A stretch of 64,000 nt of DNA. Origin: Vampirovibrionaceae bacterium NZW_1234 (GTDB taxonomy: Bacteria > Cyanobacteriota > Vampirovibrionia > Vampirovibrionales > JAGQHJ01). The stretch lies in the NCBI GenBank assembly GCA_041697335.1, contig JBGUGD010000023.1:64001-128000 (forward strand), written 5' to 3'. Both the position numbers and the translations under genes were made by a program. Below are positions 18,277-28,085 of this stretch, one piece after another; the stretch's first letter is position 1, and each line of letters starts with the position of its first letter. Under the pieces are notes generated by a model that worked only from the letters and a program-made list of their open reading frames with translations, searched no databases and had not been told where the DNA came from.

Positions 18277-18490
18277 TATTTCGCCATAAAGGAGTCCATG
18301 CGCTGTCGATAATGCCAATCATACTGGCATCTCAGTCATACGAGTTCCTTAAATTGAAAGCCTTATTAAGCTCATTGTTGATTTTCCGGGCAGTTTAAAT
18401 GCTTTGCCCATTGATTAGACAGGGCGTAGCATTTGTCATTACGCACGTTTCTAGATACACATCTCTCAAGTCTTCGGGACCTTGATAAGC

Positions 18491-18543
18491 CTGAAACCAA
18501 ATTTGCACGTCAGAGAAACTCATGACGTGCGAATGAAAGTTGT
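18491..18543. repeat. 53-bp hairpin repeat, copy 1
   Basis: 50/53 identical to 20541-20593; internal inverted repeat GCACGTCA...TGACGTGC. Confidence 0.92.
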
Positions 18544-18634
18544 AAGCACAGCGCTTCCAGGGTATCACGATCACCTGACATCACACCAAACCCTTAAATG
18601 CTTTATACCCGATCTGCCCCCCAGAGGAACTTCA

Positions 18635-20284
18635 TCATGCAGGGTTGTCAGCCAAGGTGACGGATTGTGTTCGGCTCAAGAGGGAGGTATAGCCTTCCAG
18701 TCGACCGGTCGGGCGAATCTTGTTGCGAAATTCGTTATTTTCACCAATGCAGCGAATAAAGATACTGTACTCAGCACAATTCACGGCAATGCTGTTGCCG
18801 TTGCGATTCAGGCGGAGCTCTCCCTCATCAGTGGCATTATAGAGCGCCGCGAGGTCAAAAAAGAGGAACGGGAGATTGGGAGTGTCTTTATGAAGCGTGA
18901 CCACAAAGGTGGCGGGTTTCCCGCTATGCTCCACAAGGGCATCTTTGAGAACTTTACGCACCGTTTCCGGGGTGGTTTGACTGGGGCTCAAATCCAGTTG
19001 AATGATGGGTTCCCGGTTTTGTGATTTGGCATAGTGCTGAATTGACCAATCGAACTCGGACTGACTGTTATTTTGAGGGTCAAAGACCGTGAAGAGGTGC
19101 TGCCGACTGAGCAGACTCTGCCCCACATAGCGGTTTAGCTTGTGGATTTTACCAATGTTGAGTTTGGACGTATTGGGATCAATAGCCAGTTTTTCGTCGA
19201 TAGTATTAATATGATGATCCGCTTGAGAAACAATACCATAATTACCGCTATTCCAATCATAGCCAAGATAGCGGGTAAACCAGCGTTTGGCTTCCGCTAA
19301 TTCTTTTTGTTCGGATTCCTGATGGGGCGCGATTTGTTTTTCCCAAGCCTGCAGCCCATTGAGCATTAAGTCCTTTAGGGGGGGTAAGGGCTTTTCATCA
19401 ATCAGGCCGCATGTTTTAAAGACTTCTTTTCGCAGAAAGGTGAAGAAGTCTTTCGGGGTAATTCGTTGTGACACAAAATTAATATTAGAATGAACAATTA
19501 TATCTGCCTTGATATCATTGCGAGCTTCATAGTCGTTTATATTCTGGTAGGTTTCGAGCAGGGCTTTGGGAATAAGCAACGAGTTCGGGCTGATAATTTC
19601 ATTATAGAATGCTCTTTTTTCGCCGGAGTGAATCGCATGAAAATAAGTTGCTGCATTGGTCTGTTGAGTAAAATTAATCCGATATTTATTTAAATTTAAT
19701 TTGTTTTGAGCATCTAAGCTTCTCCAATTTTTGCAATTATTGTCCCAGAGGTTGGAGAAGACTTCGATTAACGCAGCCTTATCTTGGACATGCTCAGCAT
19801 GCTTATGGAGTAAATGCTGCCACAGGGTGGTTTTCTTACTGTCTTTCAACGAAGAATCTTCACGCCGTTGCAACAGATTCAGAATGGCCTCATCTCGTTG
19901 TGCTTTCGGGAGTTCTGCCAGCCGTCGATCAATACCGGACTTTGTCTCAAAATCGGTGGGAAGCCAGCCACGTTTCAAGTTCGTGACCCAGCTGGGAACA
20001 TCTGCGGTAACTGTCTTGCCCGAGCTTTTAGAAGACGCGGCATTGCCTCTGAAATAGGCAATAACGCGGCGAACATAATCCATAACAATGTCTGCGATGT
20101 TGACAAAAAAACGGGTCACACTCTTCAAAAGTCTCCTGAACGGGCCTGGTGAGCTTGCCGTGTCGGCAGTTTTGGTTTCCGAAGCAAACCGAAGGTGATG
20201 AGTTTGTTTTGTGCTGGGTAATATCAGCGACGTCGGGACAAAACGGGAATGTGTGTGAACCGGATTGCACGATTGAAGGGACAT
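18635..20284 (-). CDS. hypothetical effector-like protein (LRFASE motif)
   Basis: 549-aa AT-rich ORF; Ser/Pro-rich N-terminus, amphipathic helix, weak ClpB-D2-like C-terminus. Confidence 0.85.
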   Translation of the reverse strand: MSLQSCNPVHTHSRFVPTSLILPSTKQTHHLRFASETKTADTASSPGPFRRLLKSVTRFFVNIADIVMDYVRRVIAYFRGNAASSKSSGKTVTADVPSWVTNLKRGWLPTDFETKSGIDRRLAELPKAQRDEAILNLLQRREDSSLKDSKKTTLWQHLLHKHAEHVQDKAALIEVFSNLWDNNCKNWRSLDAQNKLNLNKYRINFTQQTNAATYFHAIHSGEKRAFYNEIISPNSLLIPKALLETYQNINDYEARNDIKADIIVHSNINFVSQRITPKDFFTFLRKEVFKTCGLIDEKPLPPLKDLMLNGLQAWEKQIAPHQESEQKELAEAKRWFTRYLGYDWNSGNYGIVSQADHHINTIDEKLAIDPNTSKLNIGKIHKLNRYVGQSLLSRQHLFTVFDPQNNSQSEFDWSIQHYAKSQNREPIIQLDLSPSQTTPETVRKVLKDALVEHSGKPATFVVTLHKDTPNLPFLFFDLAALYNATDEGELRLNRNGNSIAVNCAEYSIFIRCIGENNEFRNKIRPTGRLEGYTSLLSRTQSVTLADNPA

Positions 20285-20540
20285 CGGTATTCTTGCCTTA
20301 TGCTTGGATTAAATTGGACCGGCGATAAAACGCAGTACTGTAATAAACCATTTCAATACCATCTTTTGATATGGCGTAACAGACTATGTCACGAATTCAA
20401 CACAAAGTGCTGGTATCTCCGAAATCCGTGCTTTGCTATGTTTGACTCGGCGTTAAGAGCGTATCCAGTGCGAGACAAACGAGTATCGGAGATACCCAAA
20501 ACAATGAAAAGTCCGATGTCGCTAATGTTTAACGATCTGA

Positions 20541-20593
20541 CTGAAACCAAATTCGCACGTCAGAGAAACTCATGACGTGCGAATAAAATTTGT
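20541..20593. repeat. 53-bp hairpin repeat, copy 2
   Basis: ATTCGCACGTCA-GAGAAACTC-A-TGACGTGCGAAT. Confidence 0.92.
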
Positions 20594-20615
20594 GGCGAGC
20601 GTGCTTGCCTGTGGT

Positions 20616-20789
20616 TTACGACGTCCGAACCTGGACTTCGTTCCAGCAGTGTTCCAAGCGGCTCAGGTTCATGTCCAGCTGTTGAATGGTATTCCACAGG
20701 TCGGCCCAGTGGATGTTCGATAACAGCCCTAAAATGTCCGGAAGAGACTGCCGTTTGACTTCACCAAAACTCAGGTGATGACTTCTCAT
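20616..20789 (-). CDS. possible 57-aa protein (MRSHHLSFGE...)
   Basis: Translated by hand; ends 22 bp before hairpin copy 2. Confidence 0.35.
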   Translation of the reverse strand: MRSHHLSFGEVKRQSLPDILGLLSNIHWADLWNTIQQLDMNLSRLEHCWNEVQVRTS

Positions 20790-20956
20790 GCCTTGCTTGC
20801 CCCCATTGTTCTGCCACCCAGAATCGATTGAGATTCGTATTTGTATTAAAACGTTGCTTATAATATTGTTGATATAGTTAAACGAAATAGTTACAGTTTT
20901 TCCGCGAGCCGGTGGGCTTTGAAACTCCTCTGAATACCGGGTCTTTCAGAAAACGG

Positions 20957-20986
20957 TTGACCCCGGGAAAACCCGAATGGTATAAC
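20957..20986 (+). promoter_or_regulatory. sigma70-type promoter of tRNA-Ser
   Basis: TTGACC-N18-TATAAC with extended -10 TG, 24 bp upstream of the tRNA. Confidence 0.7.
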
Positions 20987-21010
20987 CGATTTAACACCAT
21001 TGGCTCTGAT

Positions 21011-21092
21011 GGAAGGGGTCCGGGTGGTGAGGAAGCCGCCTTGAAAGCGGTTGGCCCGTGAGGGCTTGCAGGTTCGAATCCTGTCCCTTCCG
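21011..21092 (+). tRNA. trnS: tRNA-Ser(TGA), atypical D-arm junction
   Basis: GGAAGGG/CCCTTCC acceptor stem, GCCGC-CTTGAAA-GCGGT anticodon arm, long variable arm, T-loop TTCGAAT, G discriminator. Confidence 0.88.
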
Positions 21093-21112
21093 TATTTTTA
21101 TCCTATGTCTCG

Positions 21113-21141
21113 AACCCTCTTCTTGAGAGGGTTTTTGTTTG
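21113..21141 (+). terminator. intrinsic terminator after tRNA-Ser
   Basis: AACCCTCT...AGAGGGTT followed by a T-rich tail. Confidence 0.8.
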
Positions 21142-21459
21142 TTTAGGGCCTGTATGTTGACAACAGGTCTTTGTTTTTAGAGATTGAATTCTTGAGATTG
21201 TTTTAATGACTGATATTTCGGGTTTGAATCTGGAGATAGAAGGGAATAATAAAGAAAAATAGCGATCGGGTGATGTATGTTCCTCAATTTATCGTCTAAA
21301 ACCAAAATTCATGACTAATTCGGAGTAAAAGAACCGTGCGGACAATTTGTCCGTACGGTGAACGAGATAAAAAACGAGACCCATGAGAGGTGATTTGAGT
21401 CAAAACGAGTCAAAAATCGCAAATTGCTCACAAACTTGGCCGACGTTGAAGAAAAAATC

Positions 21460-22119
21460 CTATCCCCCCAATGGGGCTTTGCGACGCTTCCAGGGACGCA
21501 TGACTTTCTCCAGGCTTTGGCCCAGAACCGATAAACCCAGGCATACAAAGAAATATACCACGCCCATAATCAAAATTACGGTAAACGAGTGCCCCCAGGC
21601 CCGCTCCATCAGAATTTCCCCGGCCTTGGCCAGCTCCAGCGTTCCCAGGGAAACCAGCGACGTATCCTTTAACAGCGTGTTGAACTGGTTGATAAAGGCC
21701 GGAATCATCCGGGCCAGGGACTGCGGGAGGGCAATGGTCATAAAAATCTGGTAATCGCTCATCCCCAGCAACGCCGCGGCCCGCATCTGGTTTTTGTCCA
21801 GGGATTGCACCGCCGACCGAATGACTTCAGCGATAAATGCCGCATTAAAGGTGGCCAAGGCGAACACCGCCCGCTGAAACGGCGGCACCGGTAAAATGGT
21901 AAACACCAGCACCAGATACAGCACCAGCGGCATACTGCGGATGCCATCCACGTACAAGGTACCCACCCACTGAAAGGGCCCCGGCATCAGGAATCGATAC
22001 AAGGCCACGGCAATCCCCAGCAAGAGCGTAAAAATCGAGGCCACGCAGGCCAGAAGAACCGTCATCTGAAGGCCCTGCCAAAGCAGCATCAAGTCGCTGG
22101 TGGTCAACAAAAAGTCCAT
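21460..22119 (-). CDS. polar amino-acid ABC transporter permease
   Basis: AEVIRSA EAA-loop region and LKDTSLV motif. Confidence 0.92.
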   Translation of the reverse strand: MDFLLTTSDLMLLWQGLQMTVLLACVASIFTLLLGIAVALYRFLMPGPFQWVGTLYVDGIRSMPLVLYLVLVFTILPVPPFQRAVFALATFNAAFIAEVIRSAVQSLDKNQMRAAALLGMSDYQIFMTIALPQSLARMIPAFINQFNTLLKDTSLVSLGTLELAKAGEILMERAWGHSFTVILIMGVVYFFVCLGLSVLGQSLEKVMRPWKRRKAPLGG

Positions 22120-22814
22120 CAGGCCGGCTCCGGTAAGGCCTGATCGTCGCTGGGAATCACCGGCTTAATGGCTCGCCGGGTTTTGGTGAAATACTCCAGC
22201 AGACGGAAGGCATAGATGATGATCAGACAAAGGGTGATATAGATGCCCAGTGCAATAAAAAAGAACTGGAAGAACAGGAAGTACTTGGCGCTGTTTTGCT
22301 CGAAGGCATAGGTCACATCCAGGACCCCCACGAAATAGACAATGGAGGTGTTCTTGGCCAGGTTCATAAACTGGTTGGCCAGTACCGGCAGAATCCGCAT
22401 CAGGGCCTGAGGCATGACCAGGTGCGAGATCAGCTGAAATCGGGACAATCCTAAAAGCCGAGCGGCCTTAATCTGTTCTTCCTCCAGGCTCTCAATCCCG
22501 GCCCGAACGACTTCGGCCGTAAACGCCGAAGCCCAGGCGATCAGGGCCAGTAACCCGGCGACATAGCCCGTAAATTGCAGGGCATAGTAAAAGAAAAACA
22601 GAATAACCAACAGCGGAATGTTCCGAAACAGCTCGACATAAAACCAGGCAAGCGGGTAAACTCTCGGAATATAGCGGGATTTACCCAAGGCGACAATGCA
22701 TCCCAGCACAAATCCAATAACCCCGGCCTGGAAAAACAGCGAGAGGGTTGTCCGCAGGCCTTCACCGAAAAGGGGTAAGCCTTCAATGACAGCGTTAATC
22801 CAGGTGGGAAACAC
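22119..22814 (-). CDS. polar amino-acid ABC transporter permease
   Basis: YVELFRNIPLLV, AEVVRAGI and KNTSI motifs. Confidence 0.92.
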   Translation of the reverse strand: MFPTWINAVIEGLPLFGEGLRTTLSLFFQAGVIGFVLGCIVALGKSRYIPRVYPLAWFYVELFRNIPLLVILFFFYYALQFTGYVAGLLALIAWASAFTAEVVRAGIESLEEEQIKAARLLGLSRFQLISHLVMPQALMRILPVLANQFMNLAKNTSIVYFVGVLDVTYAFEQNSAKYFLFFQFFFIALGIYITLCLIIIYAFRLLEYFTKTRRAIKPVIPSDDQALPEPA

Positions 22815-23538
22815 GTTCTTCCTCGTTTTGAATAAATCGTTGAATTTCGGGATACTGGGGATTATGGAGGAGGTTGGCCTTCTCCGATGCCGTCAGCAGC
22901 TCACCCCGGTGGACGAAGTAGGAGTAATCGGCAATGCGGTCGGCAAATCCCATATGATGCGTGCTGACAATCAGTGTCAGCCCATCGGCAACCAGTTCTT
23001 TGATGGTTTTTTCCAGGGCATAGACCAATTGCGGATCCAGGGCGTTGGTGGGTTCATCCAGGAGCAGGACCCGCGGGTTCATCATAATCGCCCGGGCGAT
23101 GGCCACTCGCTGTTGTTGACCTCCGGATAACTGGTTGGGGTAATCGTGCTGCTTGTCGAGGATGTGCATTTTCTCCAGCATCTCCCGAGCCCGTGCTTCG
23201 GCGTCTTTGCGGGGAAGTTTATGGACCAGACGCGGGGCCAGGGTCAGGTTGTCTAGAACCGTTAAATGGGCAAACAGGCTGAAGCCCTGGAGCACATACC
23301 CGATCACATGGGTGTCTTGTTTTACGGGGCGGTTGCCTTCAATCAACACGTTGCCGTTGTACTCGATAACCCCTTGCTCAAAAGGCTCCAGTCCGCTAAT
23401 ACAGCTAAACAGTGTGGTTTTTCCGCAGCCGGATGGCCCGATAATGACATTGATACAGCCCAGGGGGAACTCGGCCGAAAAATCGTCCAGCGCCACGTGG
23501 GTGTCATAGCGTTTGGTGAGGTGTTTAACTTTTAGCAT
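22795..23538 (-). CDS. polar amino-acid ABC transporter ATP-binding protein (GlnQ-like)
   Basis: GPSGCGKT, LSGGQQQRVAIARA and LLLDEPT motifs. Confidence 0.95.
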   Translation of the reverse strand: MLKVKHLTKRYDTHVALDDFSAEFPLGCINVIIGPSGCGKTTLFSCISGLEPFEQGVIEYNGNVLIEGNRPVKQDTHVIGYVLQGFSLFAHLTVLDNLTLAPRLVHKLPRKDAEARAREMLEKMHILDKQHDYPNQLSGGQQQRVAIARAIMMNPRVLLLDEPTNALDPQLVYALEKTIKELVADGLTLIVSTHHMGFADRIADYSYFVHRGELLTASEKANLLHNPQYPEIQRFIQNEEERVSHLD

Positions 23539-24346
23539 GGGGAAGCTCCGGTTCCACTGGGGTTGTGGAAAGCCAACGATGACGGATACGGTCGAAGGTG
23601 CCATCGGCCAGAAGGGCTCTTACGGTTTCGTCCAGTTCTCGCCACAGACGCAGATCTTCCTTGCGAACCGCCAGGGCATAGTGGCGGTCTTTTCGAATCC
23701 GCTCGGGCACAATCACCATGGAGGGGTCCAGGTGCTGCTGAATATAGGTGGCCACGTCCTCGTTCATAATGATGGCGTCACAGCGATGCTTGTAAAACGC
23801 CAGAAAAACGTCCCGCTGGTTCGGGTAAATCACCGTATTCTGCGAAAGCCCCAGATCTTTTAACAGTTGAATGTAGCTGGTGCCATTATAGACACCGATA
23901 CGCCAGGGCTTGCCCTTGAACTCGCTGATGGAATGAACATTGGCCAGCTTTGGATGGACGATCAGTACGTCGGCGGAGGTAAGGTGAGGCGTAATGTATC
24001 GGACCACCTTGGCGCGATGGGACGTGATGGAGCCGATGCTGACAATATCGTACTGGCGAGTCATTAAGCCGGAAATAAGGCGGTTGAAAGAGACGGATTC
24101 CACGTGAACTTTCTTCCCCATACGCTCACCAATAGCCTTGGCAAAGTCAATATTAATGCCGGCCAGCTTGTTCTGGTCATTGTAAAAGCAAAAGGGCGGC
24201 GTGTCATCGATGAGACCCACGGTTAATGTATCATCCGGCTTTTGGGTTTCAGCGGTTTGCACCCAGCGCACGACAAATTGGCCCATAAAAAAGAAGACCA
24301 TCAGAATCAGGACGGATAATAGAAAGCGCTGAAATTCGGAAAGCAT
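23525..24346 (-). CDS. amino-acid ABC transporter substrate-binding protein (family 3)
   Basis: PPF..GINIDFA, DGTFDRI..RW; first gene of the ABC operon. Confidence 0.9.
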   Translation of the reverse strand: MLSEFQRFLLSVLILMVFFFMGQFVVRWVQTAETQKPDDTLTVGLIDDTPPFCFYNDQNKLAGINIDFAKAIGERMGKKVHVESVSFNRLISGLMTRQYDIVSIGSITSHRAKVVRYITPHLTSADVLIVHPKLANVHSISEFKGKPWRIGVYNGTSYIQLLKDLGLSQNTVIYPNQRDVFLAFYKHRCDAIIMNEDVATYIQQHLDPSMVIVPERIRKDRHYALAVRKEDLRLWRELDETVRALLADGTFDRIRHRWLSTTPVEPELPHAKS

Positions 24347-24450
24347 CAGGCCGACCTCACCCATGGACGCTAGTTTTATTATCCCATTTGTACACATAAA
24401 TGGCGCAGCTCGCCCCAAATTTCCTCCGTTAACGGGAGAATAGAGGAACG

Positions 24451-25551
24451 CTAAAGATCGCCACCATTGTGGGCTCGGGAAGGGTGAGTATTTGTTTTGC
24501 GGATATAGTTTCTCATAGGGACTTCAATTATTTGATAGAGCAAATGAGAGACTCCCAAAACAGTAACCAAATAAAGGAGCCAGAAAAATTTATCACCTAA
24601 TCCGAAATTGAGATGATGGTTATAAGCATATTGAAATACATTTCGAATGAGTGAGTGTGACATATAGATAGAATAGGAGATTTCTCCGAGATAAACGAGC
24701 CATGGGCTTGAAAAAAATTGTGTGAGGCGCCCTTTATTTGACAATGTCAGAATCAAAATCGCTTGGCTCAGAATGAGCCAGAAGTCAAACAGCTTTGAGT
24801 GGACCAAAGGCAGGCTAATGCCGATTGTTAGAACCAAAAGCGCATAAAGCCAGAAGTTGTTTGAGGGCAAGTAAGGTCTGATGAAAAAAAGACACATGCC
24901 TAATGGAAATTCCAACGCAACTCTTAATAACCCCAAGTGAAATGTCCAATCCTGCAAAGGAAGGTGGATATGTAACAGGAGGCTGGCCAGAGCCAAGCTT
25001 AACAGAAGAATAACTGCCAAATTAAAGCAAAGTTGTCTGTTCTCGGGAACACGCGACCAGAAAAAGCAAATAAAAAAAGGAAAACATAGGTAAGCAAACC
25101 ATTCTGCACTGATAGACCAGGAAACGACATTCCAACTTAAATAGCGTGTTGTTTCCCAGGCGTGGATCAAAAACAAGTTGTAAATCAGTGTGTCGAGTGT
25201 GGTCGGCTCTTCTCCAAGTCTGACGGTATTAAAATGAAGTGGTCCTGATAAGCAGGTAATTGCAACGTAAATCAATAGCAGGGTGAGGTGAAGCGGATAA
25301 ATCCGTGCAAGGCGCGCTTTCAAAAAATGGTAAATGCCCGGTAAGGACAATATCTTGAACTTCTCATGGTAAACATACGCTAAAACAAAACCGCTCAAAA
25401 GAAAGAACAGATCGACCCCTAAGTAGCCTTTCAGTTGGATGGGCAGAAGAAAATCCGGGAACAGTGAAGGCAAATTCGGCAAATGAAACCAAACAACCCA
25501 TAGGGCTGCTGGCGCTCTTAGTCCTGTTAAGGCGTTAATCTTGCTTGTCAA
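24451..25551 (-). CDS. acyltransferase family 3 (OafA-like)
   Basis: LTGLR, GVDLFFLLSGFV, RLARIYP, WSISAEW and LGEISYSIY motifs. Confidence 0.92.
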   Translation of the reverse strand: MTSKINALTGLRAPAALWVVWFHLPNLPSLFPDFLLPIQLKGYLGVDLFFLLSGFVLAYVYHEKFKILSLPGIYHFLKARLARIYPLHLTLLLIYVAITCLSGPLHFNTVRLGEEPTTLDTLIYNLFLIHAWETTRYLSWNVVSWSISAEWFAYLCFPFFICFFWSRVPENRQLCFNLAVILLLSLALASLLLHIHLPLQDWTFHLGLLRVALEFPLGMCLFFIRPYLPSNNFWLYALLVLTIGISLPLVHSKLFDFWLILSQAILILTLSNKGRLTQFFSSPWLVYLGEISYSIYMSHSLIRNVFQYAYNHHLNFGLGDKFFWLLYLVTVLGVSHLLYQIIEVPMRNYIRKTNTHPSRAHNGGDL

Positions 25552-25714
25552 TGTTCTGTAATCCGGGGAATTGTCGACTTTTTATTGCCTACTCGGAGGA
25601 TATCAAACCGATCAGAGGAAAAAGGGGCACATCGGGGCTTTTATCTTGCAATGCTTTTAGGTAAAGTATAGCAAATTATCGCTTGTAGCTAGTTGCATCT
25701 GGAGGAAGAACTTC

Positions 25715-26890
25715 ATGGTAGATCTCCTTGTTCCCGCAAGCTCTTGCCAGTCACTCCAGTTGCAATCCCTGCCCTCTTACGCTCAAGCGTATGAAAAGCT
25801 ATCTTTTCCTCCTCATTGGCAGGATGCGTTGGCTTCGGGGGAGTGGCATGATTGGCAATGGCAGTTTCGCAACCGGGTGAAGGATTTAGAAGGGCTTCGG
25901 GCTTTGGTGACCTTGTCGCCTGAGGAAGAGACGGCCTTTTTGCAGGCCGGTAAGAACTTGCCCTTCGCTGTGACCCCCTACTATATGACCCTGGTGGATC
26001 CCCGGAATCCGGACGATCCGATTCGCCGGACGGTGATTCCGAGAGAAGAAGAATTAACGACGTCTCCCGAGGAGATGGTGGATCCATGCGGTGAAGATTC
26101 CCATTCGCCGGTGCCCGGGCTGGTCCATCGCTATCCGGATCGGGTCTTGTTTCTGATCAATGACACCTGCTCTGTGTATTGCCGCTATTGCACCCGCAGT
26201 CGGGTAGTGGGAAGCGGTGAATTACGACCGGAGTTCGAGCATGTGTATGACTATCTGGCGGCGCATCCTGAAATTCGCGATGTCCTCATTTCCGGGGGCG
26301 ATCCGCTGGTCTTTTCCGATGACCGTCTGGAGCGCATCATCAGTCGTTTACGGGCCATTGAGCATATTGAAATTATCCGAATCGGCACCAAAATTCCGGT
26401 GGTTCTGCCCCAGCGCATTACCGATAACCTGGTCTCGATGCTGAAGAAGTACCACCCGTTTTTCATGAGCATTCATTTTCTGCATCCGCGGGAATTGACG
26501 CCTGAAGTGCGAGAGGCCTGCAACAAGCTGGCCGATGCCGGGATTCCCACGTTTAGTCAGACTGTCTTGCTGCAAGGGGTCAACGATGATCCGGTGTTGA
26601 TGAAACACATGATGCAGCAATTATTGACCCTTCGGGTTCGACCTTATTACATCTACCAGTGCGATCCGGTTCAGGGGACGCGCCATTTCCGCACGAAAAT
26701 TCGGACCGGTCTCAATATTATGGAGCACCTTCGGGGGCACACCACGGGCTATGCCATCCCGACCTATGTGGTTGATGCGCCGGGCGGAGGCGGTAAAATC
26801 CCGGTGTCTCCGGACTATGTCCTGGCCGAAACCGATGAAAAGCTCATACTTCGTAATTACGCCGGACAGGTTTACGAATACTGGCAGTAA
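25715..26890 (+). CDS. kamA: KamA-family radical SAM protein (lysine 2,3-aminomutase-like)
   Basis: HRYPDR, CSVYCRYC, SGGDPL and DAPGGGGK motifs. Confidence 0.92.
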   Translation: MVDLLVPASSCQSLQLQSLPSYAQAYEKLSFPPHWQDALASGEWHDWQWQFRNRVKDLEGLRALVTLSPEEETAFLQAGKNLPFAVTPYYMTLVDPRNPDDPIRRTVIPREEELTTSPEEMVDPCGEDSHSPVPGLVHRYPDRVLFLINDTCSVYCRYCTRSRVVGSGELRPEFEHVYDYLAAHPEIRDVLISGGDPLVFSDDRLERIISRLRAIEHIEIIRIGTKIPVVLPQRITDNLVSMLKKYHPFFMSIHFLHPRELTPEVREACNKLADAGIPTFSQTVLLQGVNDDPVLMKHMMQQLLTLRVRPYYIYQCDPVQGTRHFRTKIRTGLNIMEHLRGHTTGYAIPTYVVDAPGGGGKIPVSPDYVLAETDEKLILRNYAGQVYEYWQ

Positions 26891-26893
26891 GCT

Positions 26894-27703
26894 CTATTCA
26901 ATGCCGAGACTGATGGTTTTTTCCCGGTCCGGGACCAGATCATAGTAATACCAGAATTTGTTCCAGTTGAAGCTGCGGGGATCGGTCCGGGTGCCTGAGC
27001 GGTCAACGTAGGCATGTGTGGTAATGCGCTCGGGTGCAATACCGGTTTTTACGGCCAGCCAAGCCAAGGCAACGTACTGCTCATCGGTATAGCCGGAGTG
27101 AGTCGTGCCACGGCCTCCCCCGTCGATGCATTTGGTGGAACCGGGGGCGCACCAGTAACCATCTGCCGGGGATTCCAGTTCGACCTGGTAGGCAAAATGA
27201 TTGACGGTCACATTCTTGTAGCCGCTGTGATTGGATTGGTCTTCAAACTCCGAATGACCTGCGGTCCAAGCCGTTTTATTGGCAGGAACCATTTCAACGA
27301 TGGTGCCATCGCGCAAAATAAGGGCGTGGAAGCTGGCTTTGTAATCCGGTTTGGTGACCTGTTTGAGCGTGGCTGTTCCGGGGCTGCAGGTTTCATGAAT
27401 CACAAAGACGGGTTTGTGTCCTGAGCGACGGGCTTCATACTTGGTTGCAGGGATCATCATGCTTTTCAAAACCGGTTTGGCCAGGAGTTCCTGGAGGTGT
27501 TCCACCCGGGACGTGGTGTGGGGCAGATCGATATTGAGGGCGGCATGACTGAGGGTCAACTGGGTGTCCTCGGGATGGGCGATGCTCAAGGATGTGGCCA
27601 AGGGCAAGACAACGAGACCCAGTATAACCGAGGTCGTCAGTTTTCGGGGGCGCACGATCCCCAATGGCGCAATAATACGTTCAAACAGTGTTGCGATCTG
27701 CAT
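26894..27703 (-). CDS. N-acetylmuramoyl-L-alanine amidase (Amidase_2/AmpD-like)
   Basis: VIHET, ASFH, AWTAG and TTH...RTDP motifs; N-terminal hydrophobic anchor. Confidence 0.85.
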   Translation of the reverse strand: MQIATLFERIIAPLGIVRPRKLTTSVILGLVVLPLATSLSIAHPEDTQLTLSHAALNIDLPHTTSRVEHLQELLAKPVLKSMMIPATKYEARRSGHKPVFVIHETCSPGTATLKQVTKPDYKASFHALILRDGTIVEMVPANKTAWTAGHSEFEDQSNHSGYKNVTVNHFAYQVELESPADGYWCAPGSTKCIDGGGRGTTHSGYTDEQYVALAWLAVKTGIAPERITTHAYVDRSGTRTDPRSFNWNKFWYYYDLVPDREKTISLGIE

Positions 27704-28085
27704 GAAAGCTCCCGGACTCTAATACTCCCTATGATTTCATCATACCTGATCTTTTACGAAATCCGTCGTATGGTGAATCAAAAGTTAAGAGTGTTATCGA
27801 CAAAGGAACACCTGACTTGAATCTGGGGGCTTTTTTAAAGCCTCTGGCAGCAAAGCGACAATGTGGGCAGGCCTGAAATGCTGGATAGCTCATCAGTATT
27901 GGGAAAATCACTATTGAAGTTTTAAGAAAACCTTGGCTCTCCAGTCGGCAGCTTCCTTAAGGTCGTAATAATTGTCTAATTCATTCTAAGGAGGGATTAA
28001 TGCTTTCTTAAGGCCTGTCAACAAAGCTACAATCGATGTTTTTATGCAAATGAAGAGGGTATTAATTAGATAGAGAGATGTTCGT

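Noticed and set aside
21011..21092. tRNA-Sec or suppressor tRNA
   Set aside because: The anticodon is TGA (reads UCA, Ser), not TCA, and the acceptor stem is 7 bp.
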